Assembly: GCA_951406725.2 (NCBI GenBank)
Contig: OX597816.1
Span: 55,862,001-55,926,000 of the forward strand
Source of the DNA: Octopus vulgaris
Lineage: Eukaryota
Reading direction: 5' to 3'
DNA length: 64,000 nucleotides
Positions 14,111 to 31,049 of this stretch are shown in pieces. The notes under the pieces are model-generated. The model had not been told where the DNA came from and did not search any database. It worked only from the letters and a program-made list of their open reading frames with translations. How positions within the stretch are numbered: the first letter of the stretch is position 1; each line of letters opens with the position of its first letter. The translations under genes were made by a program, and so were the position numbers.

Positions 14111-14546
14111 CATAGTGTTTTCGGAAGATTTAGGAAATGCGTAAAATTCTGGTAAATGGCAAAAATCCGACGAATGGCAGAACGATTAGAACTTCAGTCA
14201 ATGATCCTTGCCATGTGGTTTTCAACTTTCCGACATCAAAGGTCAGGTTTATGTTTGTCTCTCGGTTGCTGACAAAATAAATCAGGAACTGGTGATTGAT
14301 TAAATCATTTATGAATAAGTAAGGTATTGCTTTGATAGATTCCAAACAATCATAGCAAAACCAAAAAGCATTGCGTCAATAAACTATTCAGTGTCATCGT
14401 CAAGAATAAATACAGACATTGCATCAGTGCATTTCTAAATGGCGTAGCTAAAACAAAAAGTAAATGATAGCATTACTTCAATAGAAGCTTAACAGCCAGA
14501 GTTAGAAAAAAAAAACATACACCGTTTGAAAATTAGAAAAATATAT

Positions 14547-14618
<72 letters not shown>

Positions 14619-14630
14619 GAGCAGGCAGAC

Positions 14631-14721
<91 letters not shown>
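14547..14721. repeat. (GATA)n tract, 3' flank of the Tx1-like LINE
   Basis: Seen directly. Confidence 0.97.
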
Positions 14722-14723
<2 letters not shown>

Positions 14724-15804
14724 AGTTTCTTTATTGGCCACACAGGGCTGCACACAGATGGGACAAGTTACAAGGTAGAGCTTTTCTTTTGGGGGATGAA
14801 AAAAACAAAAAAACAAAAGAAACAAAAAAAAGGGGTGGCGTAGGTTTTCGATCAAGAGGGATCGTAAAAGGGAAGAAAAGAACAAAAAAAAATAAATAAA
14901 TAAAATAAAAAATTAAAAAAAGAAAAGGAAAAGGAACAAAAGGAAAGAGAAATGAAAAAAGAAGAAAAAAGGGGAAAAAAAGGGGAAGAGGAAAAAAACG
15001 ATCAATAGGGATCGTGTATCACAGTGTTATGATATATGGTGTAAAGGGGAAAGCAAGTAAGGTTTATCCATGGGAAGAAAAGCCTACGAAAAAGACCACG
15101 GTAACCTTGGTCAATATTGTTATATGTTACCACATTTGTTTGCAAGTGGGTAACCCTCTGTTTTCAATTTCTGGGTTTATAGGATTATGCTCAAGGTGGC
15201 TTCGTCATTCATGCGTGCCATCCTTGCTACATTCACCCATCTTTTTTTAAAACATTCGCTAGACAAAACTTGCCTCTCTACTCTCACTTTCCTTTTCAAG
15301 TGGTACTTGAAGAAGTTGATGAGAGATTGACCAGAGAGGAAAGTGTTTGTCTCCAATCCTTTCAGACGCGTCCACCAGATACATTCTTTCGCCATAGCCA
15401 CAAGGATGATGAAAATAGCTCTTCCTTCCCGTTTGAAGGAAGGAGGCGTGACAATATTGACGATAGACTCAGCTGATAAACCGACTTGTCCCACACGTGA
15501 CAGCAGTTGTTCGACATAAGCCCACAGGTCGGAAATTGTTGGACACTGCACGAGTGCGTGCAGAACGGTTTCGTCGCTCTGACCGCATCTCGGGCAGGTC
15601 GGCCCCGTGTTTCTCGAGCCGTGTCTGTAGAGCTTATCCCGAACGGGTAGCGCTTCTCGGTAGCACTGCCAGGCCAGGGATCCCTGGAAGTTGCCGTGGG
15701 CCCTGGCCCGAAAGTCGTCCTGAACAGGCGGGTCAGGTACTCCTCGTCGACGTCCAGGTTCGCCGTCGACGAGGAGTACCTGACCCGCCTGTTCAGGACG
15801 ACTT

Positions 15805-15805
<1 letters not shown>
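14722..15805 (-). mobile_element. 5'-truncated L1/Tx1-clade LINE (zf-RVT C-terminus plus 3'UTR) inside (GATA)n
   Basis: Minus strand LAWQCYREALPVRDKL..CPRCGQSDETVLHALVQC..W..V (zf-RVT) and AKECIWWTR; stop at 15177; T-rich 3'UTR, AATAAA, then directly (TATC)n. Confidence 0.85.
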
Positions 15806-15885
<80 letters not shown>

Positions 15886-15886
15886 G

Positions 15887-15949
<63 letters not shown>

Positions 15950-15966
15950 AAGAAAGAAAGATAGAT

Positions 15967-16053
<87 letters not shown>

Positions 16054-16062
16054 CAGACAGAC
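15806..16062. repeat. (GATA)n tract, 5' flank of the Tx1-like LINE
   Basis: Seen directly. Confidence 0.97.
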
Positions 16063-16419
16063 ACACAACATAATTTTACAATGAGAAGAGAAAAAATATA
16101 TTAAGTGTCAAACATCATGTTCTCGAGAAGAACAGCCAAGACTACCTGACTAAGGAATCAATGTGAAAGAAAAAAGGGAGAGAATTAAGCAGCCGAAATG
16201 GAGGTGGTCTGAGTGACGGCTTGCACACCGCATAACAAATGCTGTCTCCAGCCGCGTTTTGCAGACATATTTGCAATGATGTTGGCGCAAGGGATGACCA
16301 GCTACCCTCGCTTATTATATTATATTACGTTATATTATATTACATTATATTATATTATATTATATTATAATATATTATATTATATTATATTATAATATAT
16401 TATATTATATTATATTATA

Positions 16420-16803
16420 CTAGCAGTATAGCCCGGCGTTGCTCAGGTTTATTTTCTTTTCGACCCTTTAGAAGAGTAAAAGTTTTGCATTATGTAGCTT
16501 GTTATTCTCTTTAAGTGAACTTTTTTCTGGTTGAAATACACCGAAAAATGGAGACACAGCAGTCAAAAAATCGTAAAAAATAGGGATTTTCATAGAAAAA
16601 AGCAACTTTTTGATGTAAAAATATTTTGTGTTAACATGGTCCGATTTGAATGTTTTCTTCTACGGAATGACGAGCAAGCCTTCTTCTATCATACTCTCAA
16701 TTTTGGTCAACTAACGCCGCAGGGTCTTGAAGGAGATAGTGTTAGTTGAAGGCTACCAAACCTGCTACACACACACAGACAACTTCAGCTTTATATATAA
16801 AGA
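16420..16803 (-). mobile_element. Non-autonomous Helitron
   Basis: Minus strand begins TC(tttatatataaag) and ends with hairpin cctgagcaacgccggg plus CTAG; inserted between A and T; flanked by (TATAT)n-like tracts. Confidence 0.85.
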
Positions 16804-17542
16804 TTATTTTGTATTATATTATATTATATTGTACTGTATTATACTATATTGTATTGCATTGTATCGTTATATTGTATTGTATAGTATTGCAAAGTTTCTC
16901 TTTGCCGTTTATTCGTCCATATAAAACTTTGAATTCTAAATATCATACTGCTGCTTCTTATGCCAATTTTCAATTTCATTGTTCCAGTGTGCCTTTTTTA
17001 CTTAAATTCTTTCTGCTTATATTTTTTTGTAGTTTCTTGTAGAATTTAAACTGCTGCATTTGCTGTACCTCAAAATTCCTCGTGGAATTTGTACAACACG
17101 GAGATGATTTTGTGTTACATATAATTTGCTGTGATGTTTGTGCTGTTCTTGTATCATTGTATTATGCTGTTCTTGCGGTGGTTTACGGTTTATGTGAAAG
17201 GTGCGATGTGTGAACTGAGGTGTGGCACGTGGTGAAATGTTTCTGTTATCGCATTGGGAATAGCTGACCAATTAATAATTGTTCAGGTGGATTCCTGAAT
17301 CATGTAATTTCTTTATTTTAATATCGCTATTGTTAAAGTTTGATTAGTCTTACCTTCTTTGCAATATTCTAGCCACCATTCAGCCAAATGCGAATTAGTA
17401 GGCATAGGCTAAGTTTTCAGCCATTGTCTATATTAACGAGGGTATTATTGCAATCTGTTGATCAATGTATTCCACATGTATTGTTTTGTCTATCTTAATC
17501 ATGTCATTACCAGATTTGGGGCACGACGCATAACTATGCATT

Positions 17543-17628
<86 letters not shown>

Positions 17629-17818
17629 TAAATAGATAGATAGATAAGGTACATAAATGACAGTAAATGGTTGGGCCAATAGATAAAGCTATCTCTTCAG
17701 TTACACCTTCAACAATTTCCTATTTTTGTTTCAAGGAATAGAAAACAGGAAATTATGTGGAGATAGTTTCTTCAATAGAAGGCAACACATTTTATTAGTA
17801 ACTCGCAGAAGTTTGTGA

Positions 17819-17850
<32 letters not shown>

Positions 17851-17851
<1 letters not shown>

Positions 17852-18260
17852 TCTTTACTCTTTACTCTTTTACTTGTTTCAGTCATTTGACTGCGGCCAT
17901 GCTGGAGCACCGCCTTTATTCGAGCAAATCGACCACGGGACTTATTCTTTGTAAGCCCAGTACTTATTCTATCGGTCTCTTTTTGCCGAACCGCTAAGTG
18001 ACGGGGACGTAAACACACCAGCATCGGTTGTCAAGCAATGCTAGGGGGACAAACGCAGACACACAAACACACACATACATATATACATATATATACGACA
18101 GGCTTCTTTCAGTTTCCGTCTACCAAATCCACTCACAAGGCATTGGTCGGCCCGGGGCTATAGCAGAAGACACTTGCCCAAGATGCCACGCAGTGGGACT
18201 GAACCCGGAACCATGAGGTTGGTTAGCAAGCTACTTACCACCCAGCCACTCCTGCGCCTA
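17851..18260 (-). mobile_element. Young full-length SINE family B (~410 bp)
   Basis: Near-identical to 60704-61117; tRNA-like head, internal (TA/TG)n, (AAAGAGT)n tail; (TA)n on both flanks. Confidence 0.92.
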
Positions 18261-19371
18261 TATATATATATATGAGTTGAAACAGTTGCAGTTCATGAGG
18301 ATGTGTCATTTGTTTGTAATAAATATCTAAATTGGACTGATTTTAATATTTAATGACTAAATTATTTAATTGATCAATTTGTTGTTTTGGTTTCCATTTT
18401 TAATTTACATTTATATATATGATAGAATATTAAATATACAATATATGAGTATGATTTATATATTACTATATTTATAAAAAATATATATTTATTATCAGTT
18501 TCAAACTGATCAAGAAGAACGTCTACCGGCTGGTTGATTTCACAAAAGATCCGTGGATTGGAATAAGTGATATTGTTTCAGTGAACAAAAGATGTTATAT
18601 ATTTCCGTTATTAACATTCTGAGAATGTATTTCTGCTAGAAATATTTTGTGATGGGAGTATTGTAAACAAAGGACCATCACCTGGAGCAATGACCGTGGA
18701 CGCGTTAAAAACTAAAAAGAGCAGAAAAGAAAACATAGAAAGACAGAAAAAATGAGATTAAAACAGAAAGTAAAATGAATGAGAACAAAGAAAGCAAAAA
18801 ACATAAAATAAGAACAAAGAAAGCAAAAGCCATAAAATAAATAAAGAGTAAAAATCAAGAAACAAGAAATAATGCGAAATTGTTCACAATGCAATGTTCC
18901 ACAAAAGATTCGCTGTATGACAGCAGCTGAATTTAACGTGATTGTTTTCAGTACCTAAGAATAAATTTTCTCTTGTACATATAAGGATTGAATATTTCCG
19001 ATTCATCGTTGAAATATAACACTAACACGCTAGAATTCTAACCGACCAATATCTTCTCAGGTGGGTAGACACGGCATTTTTTGGTAACAGTTTTCGACAA
19101 AAGCACAGTTAATTCCTTATGTCACACCATTTTTTCTCGCTTTCAAGGAACTGATACTTAAGTTAGAGAGAGTGGTGTAGATTTCAGAAAGTGTTTTTGC
19201 TGCTTTTTCTATAACAGCTAATATGTAATTTTGATACGAGACGTTCATATATCAATCCCGACAAGAGTACGAATTTAAAATGTATGAAACCTTATTGTAA
19301 GAGTCCAATATCTTGTCTACCTGACATGAGAAACTCACAAAGTAAACTGTCCGCATTCATACATATACATA

Positions 19372-19418
<47 letters not shown>

Positions 19419-20609
19419 ATGTAATGTGTGAACACACGCAGAGAAGACACTGAAAGTGAAAATGAGTGGAAGAAACAGAAAAGGAGAGGAAGAATGAGAG
19501 AGATTTTGATGATGTCTTTGAATTTATCAATTAAGAATAGTAACGCAATAACTGAAATTGCAATAACAACAAAAAACTAAAGGTTAGATTTTGTTCAGTA
19601 TTCATTATTTACGATTATTGTGAGTTCGAATTTCCACCATAATAGACTGATCAGATAAACAGTAAAGTAACGATTTCGTCTAGTATTGATTTATAAATAT
19701 ATAAGTGCTTGTATACAAGAGGGAGACAAAGGAAATGCAGAAATAGATAGGTACATATATAAAATGTGTGTGTATGTGTGCGAGTATGTATCTCTGTATG
19801 TTATGGGGAGTGAGAGTGAGAGGGGAGAATTAGTCTGTCATGCGATTAATGTTTTCGACCAACACCTTTTTATTAATAATTCAATTTCTCTAAATAAAAG
19901 TCTAAACCAATGTTCCAAACATCAGTGTGTCCAGAAATAGAAATATAATTACTTGAATAAGAATAAAAAAAAAGATGGCTTATTTGTAGATGGGATGGTT
20001 CTTACTGTTGATCAATCTCTTCTGTTATGTTTATGAGGAGAGGGATAACACCATTTTGGCTCGAGTATGAATTGTTATTGGGAGAATACCTAATCCATTG
20101 AGCCAGTCATGTTTACTTAGAAACAAAAAGAATAGTAACGTTCGTCCTATTTCTGGAACTCTTCTATGTTTTTTTATAAATAGATATTTGTGTTATATAT
20201 TATATTTCACAATATCTATTTCTTTACTTTATATTTCACAATATCGTGTAATATATGAGAACTTTTATCACTATAAGTTTTACGTATTCACATTAAGAAA
20301 GAAATGTTACACTGGGCACTGTACATCAGTTCCACCATCATCGGATATTAAAGGGCATAGAGGTTGAAGGCAGGCTCGACAGAAACACAAAGATTCTTTT
20401 TATTTTACGCAAATCCAGCTGAGTTGAATTTTGGTTTAAATTTTCGTTAAAAATTGATTTCGCATTAACTGACAGTTCTCACACTCAATGTGATTCAGCA
20501 CTTCATGTATCTTAGAAATCCAGGATTATAATTTTCAAGTTCACTTCAAAATACATACATGAATATACTTTCTAACTGTGCAGAAAACAATCTTGTCTTT
20601 TATCTCTTG

Positions 20610-20640
<31 letters not shown>

Positions 20641-20982
20641 TGTATGTATGTATGTATGTATGTATGTATGTATGTATGTATGCATGTATGTATTGCATGA
20701 ACATGTAAATCATAAGGTTTGTGACCGAGGAATAACTGGGACTGACATCTGTTCAATCCATCCAGAAATCCAGCTGAGACCAGTTGGCAATGACATCTAA
20801 CCGGTAGCTCTATAATGATTATCATCCAACTTACTTATTTTGCAATATAACTCGGAAGTTATCTACGCAGTGCATCATAGTACCTCCAACAGAATATCTC
20901 GACGTTGTCAACATTTGTCGATGTGCAGAAGTCATTAGTGCAACTATTTTCAACGGAAGTGGCTTGTATCCATCGAAACTGC

Positions 20983-21209
20983 GGCGAGCTGGCAGAACCG
21001 TTAGCACGCCGGGCGAAATGCGTAGCCGTATTTCGTCTGCCGTTACGTTCTGAGTTCAAATTCCGCCGAAGTCGACTTTGCCTTTCATCTTTCGGGGTCG
21101 ATAAATTAAGGACCAGTTACGCACTGGGGTCGATGTAATCGATTTAATCCGCTTGTCTGACCTTGTTTGTCCTTTCTGTGTTTAGCCCCTTGTGGGTACT
21201 AAAGAAATA
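20983..21209 (+). mobile_element. Full-length SINE family A
   Basis: Reverse complement of 12406-12639; 8-bp TSD gaaactgc at 20975-20982 and 21210-21217. Confidence 0.92.
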
Positions 21210-22130
21210 GAAACTGCTCGTGCGACTTGCTAGTCACGGATTATGCTCAACGACAAGCTTGGTTTTTAACTTCCCGTCTTTTTCTTGATCATTTCCCACC
21301 GTGCTCTCAAACAAGAGCTCCTTCGAAATTTATAGTTGCCTGATATGAACCACGATTTCTTGATAGTGTAGAATGTATTTAAAGACAAGGGAAGCATGAC
21401 GTCTATGTTACTTCGTATGAAGAAGTCATTCAACACGCCTGGAACAAAAATAATTGTAGTCTTTAGAGCAAGAATTTCTGGCCATCCCGAGACCAATACA
21501 GTTTTGCCTATGTATGGCTGCCTCGTAAAACAAAAACCCAAAAAAAAAAAAAAAAACGTAAATAAGCGAGTACACAGCTAACTATGACATTCTCTGTCTC
21601 GATTAAAATTCTTCTGGTCAATGAGTCTCTAGACATCGGATTCATTCTGCGATTTGAACTGGGCAAGTTTGAGCAACTTTATTCCTGTTGTGTAGTTATT
21701 GCCTACAAGATTAAGTTTACATGCCCCTACAGTGCCTAACGTTTCCCCTCGCCATCCTCATTGGACGCTGAGGTTGGCAGATGCATTGACGTTGCCTTTT
21801 AACAAGAACCCGTTGGTGTCAGTCGCAGTGATTTTAAAGGTACAATGCCTCGTTCTGACTGCCATGATTTATTAAATTGATTAACAAAAATAGTCTAGGT
21901 TGGCAGCTTATCTGTAACTCTTCTCGATCAGATGGGATAATATTTTCCGTTCGGGAGCTGAGGGGAAGCTGCTTATCTAAGAGCCACATCGCCGGTACTC
22001 ACTCTTTTACTTCATCCATTAATCTTGCTGTATCGTCTTCTCTGTTGCTGTAACAACGATGACTACGAACGAACCAGTGTCAGACTTACCCTTTCACACC
22101 GACCCTTGTTGGTATCTCCGTTGCTCTAAA

Positions 22131-22664
22131 TAGGAGGGGGAGTCAAAAAGTGGTGCCATTTTGTTTAGGGAAAGTATAATTACCAACACAGGAACATGTA
22201 TCATACATCAAAAGGAAGCTGGTCCTCTGTGGATCACATCTCTACTTTTCAACATAGTCACCGATTCTCTCAATAGCAATGTTCACCTTCGAATGAAACC
22301 ATGCATACCTGCCCCGTAAAATTCTGTTGACTGATCTTTGAGCCACTTCTTCACTACAATTTTCACTTCCTCGTCACTGGACTAACATTTCCTTGGCTCC
22401 ATGAAAGAGGGTTTGAGAGGTAAACATTATTCCAGTGACGAGGAAGGGAAAACTGTAGTGAAGAAGTGGCTCAGACAGTCAACAGAATTTTGCGGTGCAG
22501 GGATACATGTTCTCAGTGCTATTGAGAGAAACGGTGACTATGTTGGGAAGTAGAGATGTGATCCACAGAGGACTAGCTTTATTTTGATGTATGATACATG
22601 TTCTTGTGTTGGTAGTTATACCTATCCTAAATAAAATCGCATTACTTTTTGACTCACCCTCGTA
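22131..22664. mobile_element. Mariner-derived MITE built from two inverted transposase 3' ends
   Basis: TA-flanked TIR (c)gagggtgagtcaaaaagt; arms of about 250 bp are inverted; the right arm encodes MKEGLRGKHYSSDEE.KTVVKKWL...AIERNGDYV. Confidence 0.9.
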
Positions 22665-23799
22665 TTAGGACTGACGCTCCCTTACGTCAAACTGGGATGA
22701 TTTTGATGTGATTTGGGAATGAAACTTGTGACTGAGATTGGCTGATGCAGCAGATATTTTGTGCTGTTCTTCGTTGCAGCACTTTGCTACCCTATTTGCT
22801 GGGTGCGATTGAGTTGAATTAATTAACAAAAATGCAGAATTTCTTTGTTTCAATAAAAATGTTATGAACAGTTATCTATTTTTGAAACATTCTGCTGATA
22901 TTTTTAGTTTGTGAAAAGGATTTTAATCATTACTATAGCAACAATATAAATATTTCCATTGACTGAATTCAATTTTTTTTTATTTTTACAGTTCAGATAT
23001 TAAATATTTTTCTGTTTACACACGATGGATGCTATTATATTCAAATCTATATAAATTCATTAAGCAATTTCTTTTTTTTTTTCTTCGCTGTGTATTTTCC
23101 CCCTCCTCACAACTGTCTGTCATTTCAAACACTGCTTGTTATTGGTTGGCTGCCTTGGAGAGCAGACAACATTTTTTTTGTGTGATTACTACCTATTATT
23201 TGTATATTTTCTATTTTTGTTCATCAGATATTTTTGTGGTCCTACAGTTGATATTTTGTAATATTTTTGTTCTGTCGTGAGTTCTGTTCATCCTTGTGGC
23301 TGTGTTAAATATAATCCTGTATGTCACCTCTCATATCAGTGATTCCAAATAAACTCATTAGTTTTCTTGTTTTCGGTTTATTTAATCTAATTTTCCTAAT
23401 TCATTTAACATCCAGTTGAGAATATTGTAACAACAAATTGTTAGGACAACTGAATTATCTTATTTATTACAATGTTTTTCTGCATTTAAATTTGCTTTGA
23501 ATATTGATTCAATATATCTTGAATATTTTTAACTAACCATTTTTTGCTTATACTGGCGTTTTCCTTAGTTCGTTAACTCCTGGTTATTTATAACTATGTT
23601 CATTTTGTACCCAAGTTCCGTTATTTAATCACAAACTAAAGGGGATTAGTAATTTTCTTCTACTCAAAGATATCTCTTGGTTGATTTATGTAATCCGAAT
23701 TATATCCTGGTTTAATTTATCATCAGGCATGTACTACTTGCTGTGTATGTGACTGTATACATCGGTAAATGAGGAAGCTTTTCCTTTCAATCTGTCATG

Positions 23800-25960
23800 T
23801 TCTAAAACACAAGATTTTCCTCCTGTTAACCGTAATTGCGCATCTTATTTTGACATATTCTCATTTAGTGTTATCATTACGTTTTCATGGAGACTTGAAA
23901 GCTATTTCATACAGGAACAATGTTTGGTCCTGCTGCTTATCATTTTCTATGTTCTTCAATTGCATTCGAATATTTGATTTCGTGATGGTGACATTTGTCT
24001 CAACACTTTCACTATAATTTTCCACTCGCCTTATTCACCGTATTCTCATTTTGCTTCTCCCCCACCCATGTTTCTTCCCAAATTAGTTGCCATTTTCAAT
24101 TTTCAATCTTACCATTTCTCTAGTTTCCCTTAAGTGTATAAACAAATGTTTTAGCTTTTATGGAAAATGAGGATTCTATTTATATTGGTTCTTGTTTTGT
24201 TCATATTTAATCAGTTGGACAGTTTTTTTCCCTTTACTCTCATCTTCAGTTATTCCAGAGTTTTCTTCCTTCTTTACCTTTTTCCGGGAGATTCTTTTTG
24301 AATTACCATTTTTTTCTTTATCCTTTCATTTACCCTGCTTCAGATTACTCGTATTCTCCCATGATTATCCATCTTTTCCTACAAAATATATTCTGATCCT
24401 TCTGTTGGTCCTTTCGTTTTCCCCAAAATTCCCTTTCATCCTTTTGGGGCCGATAAAATAATTACCAGTTGAACACTGGTGTCGGCGGTGATCGATTTAC
24501 CTCTCCACCAAAATTGCTGGCCTTGTATCAAAGCTTGAATCCAATATTCTTTTTATAGTTTCACAAATTATAGCTATCAAACAATTTGTTAACTTTCCAT
24601 ATTCTTTACATAACAGTGGTTCGATCCACTGCCTTCAAATTAACAGACCCTAGGGTTTCTAATTCCTTTAGACTTTACTTCAGAATTCCAAGAATCTCTA
24701 CATGATCACCATCAAAATTATACAACTACATTTCCACTTTCCTGCATGCATCCACTCACCGTTGCTTCAACCGCGTAAGTTGTATTTTGGTGAGAAGTTG
24801 GTCTGCTGCTTCTTGTAAATATCGGTTGACATTTCTCTGTATTTCTTCAATTTCGAACCAAGCGTAATATGTTCCCTTCCTAATAAACACTACATGATCT
24901 ACGAATAGTTATTCACTGAGAATAAGTACTCACATTTCATTACAATTATCGTTTCCTTCATTCTTCTCTTACATAATATTCCACTCCTGTTTTGTTTACT
25001 TCCGTTACGTCTTTGCACGCCAATAACAAAATGTCGTTGCAGCGCTGCAGACTCACTTCTATGCAAAAGAGTTTCCAGGTTCATTCATGTTGTCGAAGTA
25101 AAATTTCACATGCTTATTTGAAGATGGTGTCTTTAAGGTTATACAGCACCAGCATAGAAACACCATCTCTATGACTAATGACTCATGAATAAAAAGGTCC
25201 TCTTCACCGTGATATAATGGAAAGACTGACCCCCGCCTAAATGTAGTCATTGTTTCAGTATGAACAACACTTGTTCAGAGGTTTTCTTACAATACTGAAA
25301 GTGACCTTTCAAAACCATAGTGAGACAGCAATAATGTATCCTTCGTTGATCACATAAGGCTTTTGATCATGACCCATAACTTCCAGCAGTTGGCTTTTGT
25401 CGTCGTCTTTGGTGAATATAGATCGTGGCCTATATGCACGTTTCGGATGCTGGGCTCCATACATTGTCAACAGATTTCGAGTTTTTTTCTATCAAGCTTC
25501 TGTATGTCGTTTCTGGTCCAATCTACAATTCTAACTCCATATCTGATTAGGGGTACTTTTCTAGAATTTATTGCTTCAATAACGGTTTCTGAATTTAGCG
25601 TTAACGGCTATAATTTTCCCACTCTCCCTCTGTATTCCCTACTGGTAATTTATTTCATTTCTTAAATTCTTATGTTTCGTCTGCATTGAGTATCGCCGAA
25701 TATTCTTACCACTATCATTTCTCAATCGCTTACATTGTTTACCCATTTGGCATTTCAATTCCCTGGCTTCCTTCAAGTATTCTTCGTTTCATTTTCATCA
25801 CAGCGCATTTTTCGATCGCAAATTCAATAACTACATCGTTGCAGAAAATGCGAACAATATGTATAAGACTTTGAAGCTATTTCTCATTTTTCGCATAAAT
25901 CTTTATATCTTCCATAAAAAAGTGACGATTTATGTTACCAAATCCTTTTTCCCACATCAG
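23800..25960 (-). mobile_element. Old, heavily degenerate R4/Dong-like LINE
   Basis: Minus strand near 25780-25930 reads FMEDIKIYAKNEK*LQSLIHIVRIFCNDVVIEFAIEKCAV (YMDD region). Weaker RLE-like traces near 23850-23990; boundaries are approximate. Confidence 0.55.
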
Positions 25961-26201
25961 TATTCCAATTCTTCATACTTTCATTAACCATTTTCCCATA
26001 TTTTCTGCCACTCTAAACATGCTCATTATTTTATTTACCCAACTGTGTGGCCATATGCCAGAAGCTTTCTTGAAATCTAGCCATGCTAATTTCAGTTCCG
26101 TCAAACTGCGTCTAAAATTTCTAATTGCCATTTTATCAACTAATAAGTGGTCTTATATTATTCTACATTGTTGCCTGCATACTTTCTCCTGTTCTGGAAG
26201 T

Positions 26202-26203
<2 letters not shown>

Positions 26204-26261
<58 letters not shown>

Positions 26262-26290
26262 TAATAATAATAATAATGATAATAATAATA

Positions 26291-26344
<54 letters not shown>

Positions 26345-26368
26345 CTAATAATAATAATAATAATAATG

Positions 26369-26436
<68 letters not shown>
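26204..26436. repeat. (TAA)n/(GAT)n microsatellite
   Basis: Seen directly. Confidence 0.98.
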
Positions 26437-28195
26437 TGGATAGTACCAGATATGGGTACAAAGTTTTTAGTAAGTCAATAAACCACCTTTTCTATATGGA
26501 CGACCTAAAGCTGTTTGCCAGGAATGACCAAGAGCTAGAAGGGCTGCTAACAACTGTTAAAGAGTTTAGCAATGATATCGGAATGGATTTTGGCCTTGAT
26601 AAGTGTGCTAAAGCAACTTTTGTAAGAGGCAAGCTCAGGCAAACAGCTTCTGTTAAATTAGATATTGACACTACCATCAAGGAACTTGATCCACAAGAAA
26701 GTTACAAATACCTAGGAATCAACGAAGGAGATGGTATACATCATGCTACTATGAAGGAAAAAATAAGAAAGGAATACTATAGGAGAATAAGGCTTGTACT
26801 GAAGACTGAACTCAACTCCAAAAATTGCATTGAGGCCATTAACACCCTGGCACTTCCAGTAGTCCAGTACAGTTTTAACATCATTAACTGGAACCTTACG
26901 GAACTCCAACGCTTGGACAGGAAGACAAGAAAATTACTGACATCCAAGAACATGCACCACCCTAAGGCAGATGTAGACCGCCTGTACCTATCTAGAAGCA
27001 GCGGGGGGAGAGGAATGATGCAATTAGAGCTGTGCTATAAGACCTCTACTGTAGGAATGAACAGGTACCTATCTAGTACAAATGACTAGATGCTGCGACT
27101 TGTGTGCGAACACGAAAGCAGCAAAAAGCTGCATTCTATTGTCAAGGAAGCTTATAAGTTCGAAAGGGAACTAGACATTAACCTTGAATCAGATGAAGAG
27201 CCGGAAACCACTGCTACCAAGCAAGCAAAGAGAATCAAGCAGACTGCAAAAAAGAACGGGCAGAATCAAATTGAGAGGCGGTGGAGCCAGAAGCCCCTGC
27301 ATGGACAATATATTTTCCGAAGCCAAAATGCTGATGTAGACCAAACAACAACCCATCAGTGGCTGAAGAGTTCTGGACTGAAAGCAGAGACTGAAGGCTT
27401 CATACTGGCAGCACAAGATCAAAGCTTGTTTACCAGAAATTACCAGGCTAACGTTCTCCGAAACGGTACTGACCCTAAATGCAGATTCTGCAACACATTT
27501 GACGAAACAATAGACCATCTCGTTTCGGGATGTCCTGTGCTGACACCAAACGAATACAAAAATCGATAGGGTAGGACAGTATATACATTGGAAGATATGT
27601 AAACACTACAAATTCGGCACTCCTGCTAACTGGTATGAACACCATCCTCAGCCAGTTGTTGAAGGTAAAAATGTCACCATCCTCTGGGATTTTCCAGTCA
27701 ACACTGACAGAACAATCAAGGCTAATCGACCAGACATAATTGTTAAAGACAGGGAAGAAAATACCTGCAGTCTAATAGAAGTAAGCGTCCCCACTGATAA
27801 AAATGTATCTGTAAAGGAATTTCACAAACTTAGTAAATATAAGGACCTGAAAATCGAAATACAAAAGATGTGGAATCTTAAAACAAAAACTGTTCCTGAT
27901 ATTGTAGGTGCCCTAGGTATGATAAAAAAGGGATCTCAGAAACACCTAGACAATATCCCTGGAGAACCATGTCTCAAGGAAATCCAAAAGATTGTGCTAA
28001 CAAGTACTGCCCACATCCTTAGAAAAACCCTATCAATGTAAATGTTTGTGTTTGTATTACATGGAGATATTTCTCTACTTCCCCTCCCCAAGCTTTCAGC
28101 TATATTTCAACAACTCTTAACCTTCACTTGCCCTAGGGCGCTGGGTGTGCCCCGGCAAGTGATTGCATCAAACATGCAGATTAAAAGTAAATGAC
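26437..28195 (+). mobile_element. 5'-truncated R4/Dong-clade non-LTR retrotransposon, copy 1
   Basis: INHLFYMDDLKLFA, YKYLG, GGRG, CCHC knuckle CRFC...HLVSGC, RLE RPDIIV..IEVSVP.D..KE..K..KY; one premature stop (27087-27089), one frameshift (~27566), natural stop 28039-28041; (TAA)n on both sides. Confidence 0.93.
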
Positions 28196-30895
<2,700 letters not shown>

Positions 30896-31049
30896 AAGCT
30901 TACTTTCTTCAACGGTTCTTTTCATCTTCCACTTCAAACCATCATATCTCACCTGCTTCTCTTCTTCGCTTTCATGTTCATCACCAGGGCATGTAGTATC
31001 TCTGTTGAAACAAGTTGTTTTCCTTTTTTTCATAACCATTCTATCTATT

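Noticed and set aside
18028-18216. Recurring ORF MSSNARGTN... (also 35616 and 60639)
   Set aside because: Antisense reading of SINE family B; the recurrence reflects repeat copies, not a gene family.
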